Source: Anaeramoeba ignava BMAN (taxonomy: Eukaryota > Protista > Anaeramoebae). Taken from it: a DNA stretch of 64,000 nt. The first letter of the stretch is position 1; each line of letters opens with the position of its first letter. Below, in pieces: positions 41,442-54,700 of the stretch. The notes under the pieces are model-generated. The model worked only from the letters and a program-made list of their open reading frames with translations, ran no database searches and was not told the DNA's origin. The position numbers and the translations under genes are program-made. The stretch is taken from assembly GCA_028826165.1 (NCBI GenBank), contig JAPDFW010000071.1:1-64000 (forward strand). Reading direction: 5' to 3'.

Positions 41442-44400
41442 ATGAGTAAAAATAAAAGCAAAAATACTGAAATAACTGAAGAAAAATTACCTCCTATTCC
41501 AAATAAAGAAGAATTACAAACTCAATTTAATCAATTTTTAGTAAGAAAAAAGAAAAAAGGAAAAAAAATAAATAATAAATAATAAGAAAAAAACGTTAAA
41601 ATAAACAAAACGAATAAATAAATTAATAATTTAATCAAAAAAATAAACACAAATAAAAAAAAGGATCAATTAAATCTTCCAAAAGAAAAAAGAGATGGAA
41701 TGATGGCAATGCCAGATCCAACAAAATGGTTATTAATTTGTCAACACAAAGCAAAACATCAAATGATGGTATTTTTTTTTATTTTAAATTTATTTTTCCT
41801 AAAATAAAAATAATAAAAATAAAAATAAAAATAAAAATAAAAATAAAATAAATAAAAAAATAGGATCAATCAGATGCAAAAAAAACACCACAAAATTATG
41901 TGGATTTATTAAGTAAAGATCCACAATTAAATGATATAATTGGATTAAGAGTATCACTTACAAGTGAAGAAATGAATTGGGTTTCTGAATTTGTTAAGAA
42001 AAGTGGTCATGAATTATTATTAAATATTTTATCAAAAATTCATAATCTTCAACCTTCTGATAGTAAAAATAATTTTCTTATTGAATCTATTCGAGCAATG
42101 AAAGCTTTAATGAATAATGGTGTAATTATTCAATTTAATTTAATCCAAATAACTAAATAATTTCAAAAAACATGAAATAATAAAATAATTTCAAAAAATA
42201 ATAAAATAATTTCAAAAAACATGAAATGAAATAAAATGAAATAATCAAAAAAATAATGAAATGAAATGAAATAATTTAAAAAAAAAATGAAATGAAATAA
42301 TAATGAAATAATTTCAAAATAATAAAAAAATGAAAAAAAATAAAATAATTTTAAAAAAAATAATGAAATGAAAAAATAAAATAAAATAATAAAATAATAA
42401 AATAATAAAATAATAAAATAATGAAAATGAAATAATTTCAAAAATATGAAATGAAAAATGAAAAATAAAATTTAAAAACATGAAATGAAATAAAATAATG
42501 AAATAATAAAATAAAAAAATAATAAAATAAAAAAAAAAATAAAATAATAAAATAATTTCAAAAAACATGAAATGAAATAAAATAAATATTTAAATAATAA
42601 AATAAATAATAGGTTGGATTAAATGCAGTTCTTGAAAAAAAAGATTCAATATATCTTTTAACAAAATCAGTTCTTAATCCTAATGAAAAGATAAGAGGAA
42701 TGGTTATGGAATTACTTGCAGCAGTTTCACATATTAGATATGATGTTGTTTATTCAGCAATTATTAGATTCGCAACAGAAAATTTACAAATTCAATTTTC
42801 TTTTATTGTTGTTACAATTAGAGATCATTTAATGGATTTTGAATTAATTAGAGTTTGTATGACTTTAATTAACTCTTTGATTTGGTATCATAATGAATTA
42901 GAAAAAAGAGTTCATATTCGCCATCAATTTATTAATCTTGGTTTACTTGAGTTATTAAGTGTAAATAATAATAAATTAAAATTCATTTATAAAATTAAAA
43001 TTAAAATTAAAATTAAAATTAAAATTAAAATTAAAATTAAAATTAAAATTAAAATTAAAATTAAAATTAAAATTAAAATTAAAATTAAAAATTAAAATTA
43101 AAATTAAAATTAAAATCAAAATTAAAATTAAAAATTAAAATTAAAATTAAAATTAAAATTAAAATTAAAATTAAAAATTAAAATTAAAATTAAAATTAAA
43201 ATTAAAATTAAAATTAAAATTAAAATTAAAATTAAAATTAAAATTAAAATTAAAATTAAAATTAAAATTAAAATTAAAATTAAAATTAAAATTAAATTTA
43301 AAATTAAAATTAAAATTAAAAATTAAAATTAAAATTAAAATTAAAATAAATTTAAAAATTAAAATTCATTTATAAAATTAAAATAATAAAAAATAGGAAA
43401 TTAAAAAAGGACTTTTAGATGAACTTGATTCACAAATTCAAATATTTGAAGATAATGCAAAAGAAGATGATGCAGAAATTCAAACACAATATGGAAGTTC
43501 ACAATTTGATGTTGGAGATGCTGGAAATATGGCTATTCAATTTGCTAAAGAATTCGAAAATACAAAAACACCTAAAATTGTTATTGAATTTTTCAGACAT
43601 TTAATTGTTATTTTATTTAAAACAGAATATGATATTGAAATTGTTTTTAAAACTCTTAATGAAATGGCTCAATATGCTGTTAATTCAGGTGGTAAAATTA
43701 AATTTAAAATTAAAAATTAAAATTCATTTATAAAATTAAAATCAAAATTCATTTATAAAATTAAAATTAAAAATTAAAATTAAAATTAAAATTAAAATTA
43801 AAATTAAAATTAAAATTAAAATTAAAATTAAAATTAAAATTAAAATTAAAATTAAAAATTAAAATTAAAATTAAAATTAAAATTAAAAATTAAAATTAAA
43901 ATTAAAATTAAAATTAAAATTAAAATTAAAATTAAAATTAAAATTAAAATTAAAATTAAAATTAAAATTAAAAATTAAAATTAAAATTAAAAATTAAATC
44001 AAAATTAAAATTAAAAATTAAAATTAAAATTAAAATTAAAATTAAAATTAAAATTAAAATTAAATAAAATTAAAATTAAAATTAAAATTAAAATTAAAAA
44101 TTAAAAATTAAAATTAAAATTAAAATTAAAATTAAAATTAAAATTAAAATTAAAATTAAAATTAAAATTAAAATTAATATTAAAAATTTTGTTTTGTTAT
44201 TTAAAAAAAAAAAGATCAAGTTTCAAATTTCTTCTCATTATTTTTATTTGGAGAAAAAAAACAAGAATATTCACAATTAGCAGAATCATTAACAAAAATG
44301 GAAACAGAAAATGAATGGAATTCAAAGAAAATATCAGAACTTCAAAAATTATTAAGAAATAGATCAATGGATTTTGATAAATCACTACAAAATCTTAAAC

Positions 44401-46897
44401 AAGAATACAATCAAAAAATTCAAATAGGAAACAAAGAAATTGAACAAATTGATTCACAAATAGAAGTTGAATCAAAAAGACACAAACAAAATATCCAAGA
44501 AATAAAAGAAGCACATCAATTAAGAGTTAAAAAACTAAAAGAAAAAATTGAACAGAAAAAAAATCAATTAGAAAGGAAAAAAAAACAAAAAGAAAATCCA
44601 GAACAAGAAATAGATTTGGATGAAGATTTTAAAAGAAAAATTGAAGAAGAAATTAAAAAAGATATTGAAAAAAACATACAAAAAGAAATTGAAGAAAAAT
44701 TAAGAGTTGAATATGAATCAAAAACAGATAAATTAGAAGATGAATCAAATGAATTAGAAACAATGATTATGACTATTAAAGCAGAAAGACAAACAGAAAT
44801 ACAAAAATTAAGAGAAGAAATAACAAAAATTACAACAGAAATTCAGAATAAAGATGATGAAGAAAAGAATTTACAGAAAATGATAAAGAATCCAAGTCTT
44901 ATAAAGAAAAATTTAGGAGATGGAAATAATGAAAATATTAATAATGAAAATGTAAATGAAAATGTAGAAGTAAAAATGGGAGGACCACCACCACCAATGG
45001 GAGGACCACCACCACCTATGGGAGGACCGCCACCACCAATGGGAGGACCGCCACCACCAATGGGAGGACCACCACCACCAATGGGAGGACCACCACCACC
45101 AATGGGAGGACCACCACCACCAATGGGAGGACCACCACCACCTATGGGAGGACCACCACCACCAATGGGAGGACCGCCACCACCAATGGGAGGACCACCA
45201 CCACCTATGGGAGGTCCGCCAATGGGAGGACCACCTCCACCTATGGGAGGACCTGGTTTAAGAGGTAAACCTAAAAAGAAATCAATTAAACCTCCTATTC
45301 CCTTGAAACAACTCCATTGGGCTAAAATTCCCGATATTAAAGTTGATAATACTATTTGGAAAGATTTAAATGATGATAATGTTGAGTTTGATAAAGATGA
45401 ATTTGCTAATTTTTTCAATGTTAAAAAAAGTTAGTTTATTTAAAAATTAAAATATTTCAAAATTAAAATATTTAAAAATTAAAATATTTATTATTAAAAT
45501 ATTTCAAAATTAAAATATTTATTATTAAAATATTTAAAATTTAATTATTTCAAAATTAAAATATTTTAAAATTATTTATTAATTAAAATATTTAAAAATT
45601 AAAATATTTAAAATTAAAATATTTCAAAATTAAAATATTTATTATAAAAAATATAGTTCCTGTTGATGAAAATAAAGAAAAAGAACCAGCTAAAAAGAAA
45701 AAAATTCAACTTGTTGATCCAAAAAAATCAAATAATGTTGCAATAATTTTACCTTCATTTAAAATGTCACATCAAGAAATAAGAAAAGCAATTTTATTAT
45801 TAGATGAATCAAAACTAACAAAACAAAACGTAAAATCACTAAAAGAATCATTACCAACAACAGAAGAAGCAGAACTATTAACATCATTTGCAGGAGATGT
45901 TAATGATTTAGCTGAATGTGAGAAATTCTATCTTCAAATAGTAGATATCCCAAGATTGGAACAAAGAATAAATGCATTTTTATTTGAAATGAATTTTGAT
46001 GAATCAATTAATGATATTCTTCCTGAAATCAAAGCAATTGAACAATCACTTAGCCAATTAAAAAAAAGTGAAAATTTCAAATTAATTTTGAAAATTGTTT
46101 TAAAATTGGGAAATTATATGAATGGAGGAACATCAAAAGGAGGAGTTTATGGATTCAAATTAGGATCATTAAACAAAATCAAAGACACAAAAGGAACAGT
46201 AAATCCGAAAATAACTTTATTGCATTGGATAGCTAGTTTTGTAGAAAGTAAATATCCTGATGCTATAAATTTCATTGATGATTTAAGTTTTATTGAAAAA
46301 GCATCAAGAGTTTCAGAACAACAAATTTCATCAAATATAAGAGATGCAAGAATGGGATTGAAAAAATTACAAACTGAACTTCCTCAACATCAAATACCTT
46401 TTAATGATGATGATAAATTTTATGAGAAAATGAACAGTTTTTATGAAAAAGCTGATGAAAAATTCACACAAATTGAAAAGAGATTTGAAGATATAATGGA
46501 AGAATATCAAAAAATATTAGAATATTATGGAGAAACTAACAAGAATTTAAAACCAGAAGATTTTTTTGGACAAATTAATACATTTGTTCAAGATTTTAGT
46601 AAATGTTATAAAGAAAATCAAAAATTCAAAGAAGAAGAAGAAAAAGCAGCAAAATCAAAAGAAAGATCAGGAAGAAAATTAACAAAACCACAAAGAACTT
46701 TAACACCAAGAGGTAATCAAAAAGGTGTTCTTGATAATATTCTTGCAGAAATGAAATCAGGTCAAGCATTTAGAGGAAGAGGAGGAGCAAGAAAAGGAAG
46801 AGGTCCTCCTCAAGTTAAACAAATTCAACCTAAAGAACAACCTAAAATTACAGATTTTAGATCTGTTTTAAAGAAAACTTCAACAAAAAGAGATTGA
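41442..46897 (+). CDS. Diaphanous-related formin (GBD-FH3-CC-FH1-FH2-DAD); exons 41442-41540, 41664-41768, 41864-42121, 42613-42960, 43397-43691, 44215-45429, 45657-46897
   Basis: LRVSLTS..WVSEFV, KALMNN, FH1 (MGGPPPP)n, LKQLHWAKI, LKLGNYMNGG..GFKL, GVLDNILAEMKSGQAF. Splice phases are consistent. Confidence 0.92.
44976..45252 (+). repeat. 21-nt coding repeat (MGGPPPP)n, formin FH1
   Basis: atgggaggaccaccaccacca tandem array. Confidence 0.9.
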
Positions 46898-47327
46898 TTC
46901 AATTCAATTCAATTTGATTTGATTTGATTTGATTTTATTCAATTTAATTCAATTTGATTTGATTCAATTCAATTTAATTTGATTTAATTTGATTTAATTT
47001 GATTCGATTCAATTTAATTTGATTTAATTCAATTCAATTTGATTTAATTTGATTCTTTTCTCTCTTATCTTTTATCTTTTTTATCTTTAATTATCATTGT
47101 TATTTTGATAATTAATGATTTTTTATCTTTTCTTTTCCAAAATTTTTTTTTTCTTTTCTTTTTTTCTTTCAAATTTTTTCTTTGCAAAACTTTTTAAAAA
47201 ACAAAATTAAAAAAAAAAAATTTCATTTTTTCATTTTTTTTCATTTTTTTTCATTTTTTTTCATTTTTAAAAACAAAATTTAAAAAACAAAAATTTAAAA
47301 AACAAAATTTAAAAAACAAAATTTAAA

Positions 47328-50300
47328 ATGGATTTAGAAAAAAATCATAATTTAAATAAATCTAAAAAAAGAAAAAAACATTCTTTTTCAAATAAAAATC
47401 ATTATAAAAAACAACATAAAAATAAAAATAAAAATAAAAATAAAAATAAAAAATCTTCAAATTTAAATTTATCAAAATCTTCAACTTGGTCTTTTAATGA
47501 ATCAAAAGAGAAACAAAAACAAACAAAATTCAAAATCAAATTCAAAATCAAAATCAAATTCAAATTCAAATTCAAATTCAAATTCAAATTCAAATTCAAA
47601 TTCTTTTTCTTCAACAAATTCAACAACAGAATCAACAAATGAAATCAAATTAAAAAAACAATTAAAAAAGAAATTAAATCAAAAAAATTCAAAATCAGAA
47701 GAAGAAAATGATCATCATTCAAAAAAATTTAAAAGAAATCTTTTAAAAAGAAAAATAAAATCTAATTTAAGAAAAAAATTAAATTCAAAAAAAAACAAAG
47801 AAAGATTAAAAAGAAAAACAAAGAAAATTGATTTATTAAAATATCAACAACAAAAACAAAAATTAAAAAGAAAATTAAAACAAAAATATAATCAAAAACT
47901 CAAACAACTTATGAAAGAAAAAAAGAATTCAACTTCAAAATCAAAATCAACTTCAAAATCAACTTCAAAATCAACTTCAAAATCAACTTCAAAATCAACT
48001 TCAAAATCAAAATCAAAATCAAAATCAAAATCAAAATCAAAATCAAAATCAACATCAAAATCAAAATCAAAATCAAAATCAAAATCAAAATCAAAAGATA
48101 ATTTAAAAGATAATTCAAAATCAACTTCAAAATCAAAATCAAAATCAACTTCAAAATCAAAATCAAAATCAAAATCAAAATCAAAAGAAAATTTAAAAGA
48201 AAATTTAAAAGAAAATTTAAAAGAAAATTTAAAAGAAAATTTAAAATCAAAATTTAAAAGATAATTTAAATTCAAACTTCAAAATCAAAATCAAATTCAA
48301 AATCAAAATCAAAATCAAAAGAATCAAATTTAAAAGAAAATTTAAAAGAAAATTTAAAATCAAATTTAAAGAATTCAAAATCAAAATCAAAATCAAAATC
48401 AAATTCAAATTCAAATTCAAAATCAAAATCAAATTCAAAATCAAAATCAAAATCAAATTCAATTGAAAAAGAAAAACAAGAAATAATAAAAAAAAGTAAT
48501 AACTCAAAAAAAGAAGAAAATAAAGAAATACATTCTATTATGGATAAAACAAAAAAACAAAGAAAATCAGATGAAATTGATAATTTAAAAACATTAAATA
48601 ATGATGATTTTAGATCTAAAACAAACAATTCAAATCAAAAAATTAAAATAAAAACAATTAATCCAAAATTAAAAAAAACAAATTTAAAAGAAAAAGAAAA
48701 AGAAAAAGAAGAAACAAAAATTGAGAAAAATGAATTAAAACATGAAAAGAGAAAATCAAAAGAAACATCAATAAAAAAAGATAATTCAAAAAATTTAAAT
48801 CAATCAACACATACACATCATTCAAGAAATTCAAGAAATTCAAATCAATCAGCACATTTAAATCATTCACGAAATTCGAGAAGTAAATCACATCATTCAC
48901 ATCATTCAAATCATTCAAATCATTCACATCATTCAAGAAATTCAAGAAGTAAATCACATCATTCACATCATTCACATCATTCACATCATTCAAATCATTC
49001 AAGAAATTCAAGAAGTAAATCACATCATTCACATCATTCACATCATTCAAGAAATTCGAGAAGTAAATCACATCAATCAAATCATTCAAGAAATTCAAGA
49101 AGTAAATCAAATCATTCAAGAAATTCACATCAATCACATTTAAATCAATCAGCACATTCACATCATTCAAGAAATTCAAGAAATAAATCACATCATTCAA
49201 GAAATTCAAGAAGTAAATCAAATCATTCAAGAAATTCAAAGAAATTCAAAAGAAATTCAAATAAAAAATCACTTAATTCAACAATTTCAAATGAAAATGA
49301 TAATTCTTCATATTCTTCATCAAGTTCTATGCCAGAATTAGAAAGAACAGCAATGAAATATATTACAAATGCAAAATCTAATCAAACAGTAATTTAATCA
49401 TAACTTCTTTTAAAATTAAATTAAATTAAATTAAATTAAATAATTTGGAAAATAATATTTAGGAAGTAAAAATAATTTAATTTAATTTAATTTAAATTAA
49501 TTTTAAAAACAGAAATTATTTATTTTGATAAAATAGTATTATAATAATAAGTAATAGAAAGTTAAATAATATTTAATTATTATTTAATTATTAATATTTT
49601 AATATTTATTTATTTATTTTGTAATAATAATTATAATTATATTAATTGAAAATTTTCTTTTTCTAATTCTATTTTTATTTAGAATGGAAATATTTCATTA
49701 AAAATAAGTCAACAAGTTTCTAAAACTGCTTTAGATTTAAAAACACAAGAAGAATTACAATTAAAATCACAAAGTAGATTATTTATTCAAAATATTGATA
49801 ATAATACAAGTATTAAAGAAATTAAAGATTTATTTGAAGCTTTTGGACCAATTAAAAATATGGATATGCCATTTGTATGTTTATTTTAATTTTTAATTTT
49901 AATTTAATATTTAATATTTAATATTTAATTTAATATTTAATTTTAGATTTGAATTTATTATTTTATTTATAATTATAATTATAGATTTTTTTTAAAAAAA
50001 AAAGTGGAATAAAATTTATTAAATTAAATTTATTAAAATTTATTAAAATTTATTAAATTTAAATAGAATCCAACAACAAAACAACATAAAGGATTTTGTC
50101 TTATTGAATATTCATTTCATAAATCAGCTAAAAGAGCAATTGAAGAATTAGATCAATTTGTTATTCATGAAAAACCAATTAAGGTTCAATGGTATTTAAC
50201 TCATAATGCTTTATCAGAATCACAATCAGAATCACAATCAGAATCACAATCAGAATCACAAAATTTAATGGATTATCAAATTTCAAAAAAAGATACAATT

Positions 50301-51548
50301 TATGTTGGATCTATTAATTGGAATATTACAAATGAAAATTTAGAACAAATTTTTGGAGTTTTTGGAAAAATTAAATCATGCAAATTATCTGTAATAAATT
50401 CAATTTAATTTCAATTTAATTTCAATTTAATTTAATTTAATTTCAATTTAATTTAATTCAATTTAATTTCAATTTAATTTAATTTCATTTTAATTTAATT
50501 TAATTTAATTTAATTTAATTTAATTTAATTTAATTTAATTTCATTTCAATTTAATTTACTTTCAATTTAATTTCAATTTAATTTCAATTTAATTTCAATT
50601 CAATTTAATTTAATTTTAATTTAATTTAATTTCAATTTAAAGATTGATAAACAAAAAGGAACACATAGAGGATATGCATTTATTCAATTTGAGAATGAAG
50701 AATCAGCACAAAAAGCACTTGATCAAATGGATGGATTTGAATTAGCAGGAAAACAATTAAAAGTCAAACCATCAAATATTCAAAAAACTCAATTTAAATC
50801 ACAATTTAATCAAAATCCATTTTTCCAAAATCAATTTAATCCAAATCCATTTCCAAATCCATTTCCAAATCCATTTCAAAAACCAAATCCATTTTTTCGA
50901 AATCAAAATCAATTTAATCAAAATCAATTTAATCAAAATCAATTTAATCAAAATCAATTTAATCAAAATCAATTTAATCAAAATCAATTTAATCAAAATC
51001 AATTAAATCCAAATCAATTTAATCCAAATCAATTAAATCCAAATCAATTTAATCAAAATCAATTTAATCCAAATCAATTAAATCAAAATCAATTTAATCA
51101 AAATCAATTTAATCAAAATCAATTTAATCAAAATCAATTTAATCAAAATCAAGAAATAGAAATGGAAAAACTTGATGATTCACATATTGATACAAATACT
51201 AGACATCAATTAATCAAAAGATTATCAAGAGAAAAACCTACTTCAAGATGTATTGTTTTACAAAATATGGTTGATTCAAATGAAGTTGATGAAGATCTTG
51301 AAAGGGAAGTTTATGAAGAATGTTCAAAATTTGGAACTATTCAAGATATTTATGTTTATCAAAGTTCTAATAAATCAAATTCTAAAAAAGAAAAAAAAGA
51401 AAATATTAAAATTTTCATTTTATATCAAAATTTGGAAAATGCTGATAAAGCTCAATTTTCTTTAGATAATCGATATTTTGGAGGAAATGTTATTACTTGC
51501 GAATTTTATGATGAAACAAAATTTCTTAATAATATTTACTCAGATTAA
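47328..51548 (+). CDS. PUF60: PUF60-like splicing factor (RRM-RRM-UHM) with long K/S/H/R-rich N-terminus; exons ~47328-49388 (frameshifts in microsatellites), 49683-49874, 50067-50390, 50643-51548
   Basis: RRM1 FEAFGPIKNMDMPFNPTTKQHKGFCLIEY; RRM2 IYVGSI..FGKIKSCKL..HRGYAFIQF; UHM IVLQNMVDSNEVDEDLEREVYEECSKFG..IKIFI..LDNRYFGG..YDETKF. The N-terminal extent is uncertain. Confidence 0.8.
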
Positions 51549-51776
51549 TTTCCAAAAAATTTAATAAAATTTATTTCAATTTAATAAAATTTAATTAAAT
51601 TTAATAAAATTCAATAAAATTCAATATGATTTTATTTTGATTTTATTTGAGAAATTTTAATAAGAAGAAGGAAAGAAAAGAAAAAAGTGGATTTTCCTTA
51701 TAAATAAATAAAATAAAAAATTTTTAATTTAAATTTTTTTTTTCATTTTTTTTCATTTTTTTTCAAACAAAAAATT

Positions 51777-54700
51777 ATGATAAATTTAAATCAATTAATA
51801 AGAAAAGGAGATTTAAAAGAAATTAAAAATAATATTACAAAAGAAAATATTTCAATAAGATATGTAAATTTAAATTAAAAATTATAAATTTTATTTATTA
51901 AAAAATTAATAAATAAATAATTTTTAGAATGTAAAAAATTCAATTTAAAAATTATTTAAAATAAAAAATTTAAATTAAAAATTGAGTTTTTTTTTACATA
52001 CTTTTTCTCTTTTTTAATATTATTTTTAAAAAAAAAGTATGTAAAAAAAAAATAATTTTTTAATATAAAAAAATAATTATTTAATTAAATATTAAATTAT
52101 ATTTATATTTAGAATGAAACACCACTTCATATTGCTTGTAAATTTGGAGCAGATTTTGAAGTTATTGATTATTTTATTTCTATTGGAGCAGATCCAAATG
52201 CAAAAAATGTATTAAAAAAAATATTAAAAAATATTAAAATTAAAAAATATTTCTTTTTCCTTTTAATTTTTTATTTTAGAATGTATTAAAAATAATTTAT
52301 TAAAATTAAAATTAAAATTAAAATAAAAATTATATTTTTAAATGAAAAAGTATGTAATTTATTTTTTTATATATTTTTACAAAAATAATAATAATAATAA
52401 TAAATATAATAAAATTTTTCAATTAAAAGAATGCAACTCCATTACATTTTTGTTGTATGAAAAAAGCACCATTTAATGTTTTTGAAAAATTAATATTAGC
52501 AGGAGCTATTGTTAATTCTCTTGATGTTTGATTTAAGATTTATAAAACAATTTTATTAAATTAAAATTAATTTTAACAATAAAAAAAAGGATGTAAATTA
52601 TTAATATTAAAATTAAAATTAAAATTAAAATTAAAATGAAAATTAAAATTAAATATAAAAATAGCGAGTATTTTTAATAAATTATAAATTTATTTATTTA
52701 TTTATTATTAATTAATTAATTATTAAAAAAAAAGAATGATTCACCACTTCATTCAGCTTGTAAAAATAAATTAGATAAAAATATAATTGAATTACTTATT
52801 AAATCTGGAGCAAATGCTAATTTACAAGATGTATTTTAATTTAGAAAAGAAAAATCTTTTTTTTTATATTTTGGAAAATGTTTATTTAAAAATTTTTTCT
52901 TTTTTTTTTAGAAAGTAAAAAAATATAAAATTTATATTTAAATAAACTAATTTTAATTGTTTTTTTTTTAAAAAATAAAATAAAAGGATGTATTTTATTT
53001 CATTTTATATTATTATTTATTAAATAAATTAATTTTATTTTATTTTATTTTATTTTATTAGGGAAATACATCACTTCATAATGCTTGTGCTTTTAATTTA
53101 TCAGATGAATTAATTAAATTATTAATTTTATCAACTAATGATGTTAATATTCAAAATGTAAAATTTTATATATTAAAAAATAATAATAATATTTTCTTTC
53201 TAATTAATTATTTAAAAATAAAAAGGATGTTTGAAGATTTATATTTTAAAAAGTAAAAGTAAAATTAATTAAATTAATTAATTCCAATAAAATAGAGAGT
53301 AATAAATTTTATATATTTTTCCAAAAAAAAAAATGAATTTATAATGAATTTATAATGAATTTAATAGAAAAGAACACCATTACATAATGTTTGTTTTGGT
53401 AAAACTCCATCTCTTGAGATTATAAAGTTATTAATTGAAGCTAAAGCTGATGTTAATTTAAAAGATGTATTTATTAAATAAATTTAATTTAAATATATTA
53501 AAATTTAATTTTAAATATTTTGATTAGGATGTAAAAAATTTTTCATTTTAGAAATAATATTGAAATATTTATAATTTTTTTATTAGAAAGTATATTATAA
53601 TTTTTATTTAATTAAATTATAAAAAAATTTGTTTAGAATTAAAAATGAAATATTTTATAAAATAAAGGGATTTACATCTCTTCATTTAATTTGTCAAAAA
53701 AAATCATCTTATGAAATTGCATTATGTTTAATTAAAGCAGGTGCAAAAATTGATGAAAAAGATGTATTTTGAATAATAATAAATTTTTAAATTTTAAAAT
53801 ATTAATTTAAATATAAAAATAAAGAATGTAATTCATTTTATTTTAATTTAAAAGAAAGAAAATGAATTTAAAATTATTTTATAGTTTGTAAATAAAACTT
53901 AATTTATTAATATTATTATTAGAATAAATTTTATTTTAATATTTTAATAGGATAATATTCCATTACATTTTGCACTTGAAAATCAAAATGATTTAAAATT
54001 TATTGAAGTTCTTGTTTCAAATAAAATTGGAATTAATCAACCAAATGTAAAAAAAAAATTAAAATTAAAATTTAAAAAAAAATTTATTAATAAATTAATT
54101 TTGAAATTTAAATTAGAATGTAATAAAATTTATAACAAAAATTTTTTAAAAAGAGAAAATATTAAAATTATTTTTTTATATTTATTATTATATTTATATT
54201 TAGAGAGTTTGTTTTTCTTTTATATTTTAAAATTTAAAAATAAAAAATTAATAATTAATAAATTTAGGGAAATTTTCCACTTCATTTATATTGTAAATCA
54301 GGATCTTCACAAAATATTGTTGAATTATTAATTAAATCAGGAGCTAATATTAATTGTCAAAATGTAATTTTAAATTTTAATAAAAAATTTTAATTTAAAT
54401 TTTTTATTATTTTTTATATTAGAAAGTAAATAATATTTTTAATAATATTTTTATTTTTATATTATTATTATTATTTTTATTTTTAGATGGTAATATTTTT
54501 ATTAATTTTTATTTTAATGAAAATAATATTTTCTCTTTCAAAATAAATTAGGGAGAAACACCTCTTCATTTTGCTTGTTTATTAGGAGATTCAAATTTTA
54601 TTCATTTTCTTGTTTCTATTGGAGCAAAGATAAATGTTATTAATGTATTAATTAAATATTTATTTTTTAATTTAATTTATAATTAATTTTTTTAGAAAGT

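Noticed and set aside
44843-45418. Antisense Gly/Pro-rich ORF
   Set aside because: Mirror of the formin FH1 repeat.
54206-54212. Alternative overlapping microexon gag|TTT|gt next to tag|AGA|gt
   Set aside because: A GAG acceptor and GTTTTT donor are not used elsewhere in this gene, so AGA is preferred, though this cannot be excluded without cDNA.
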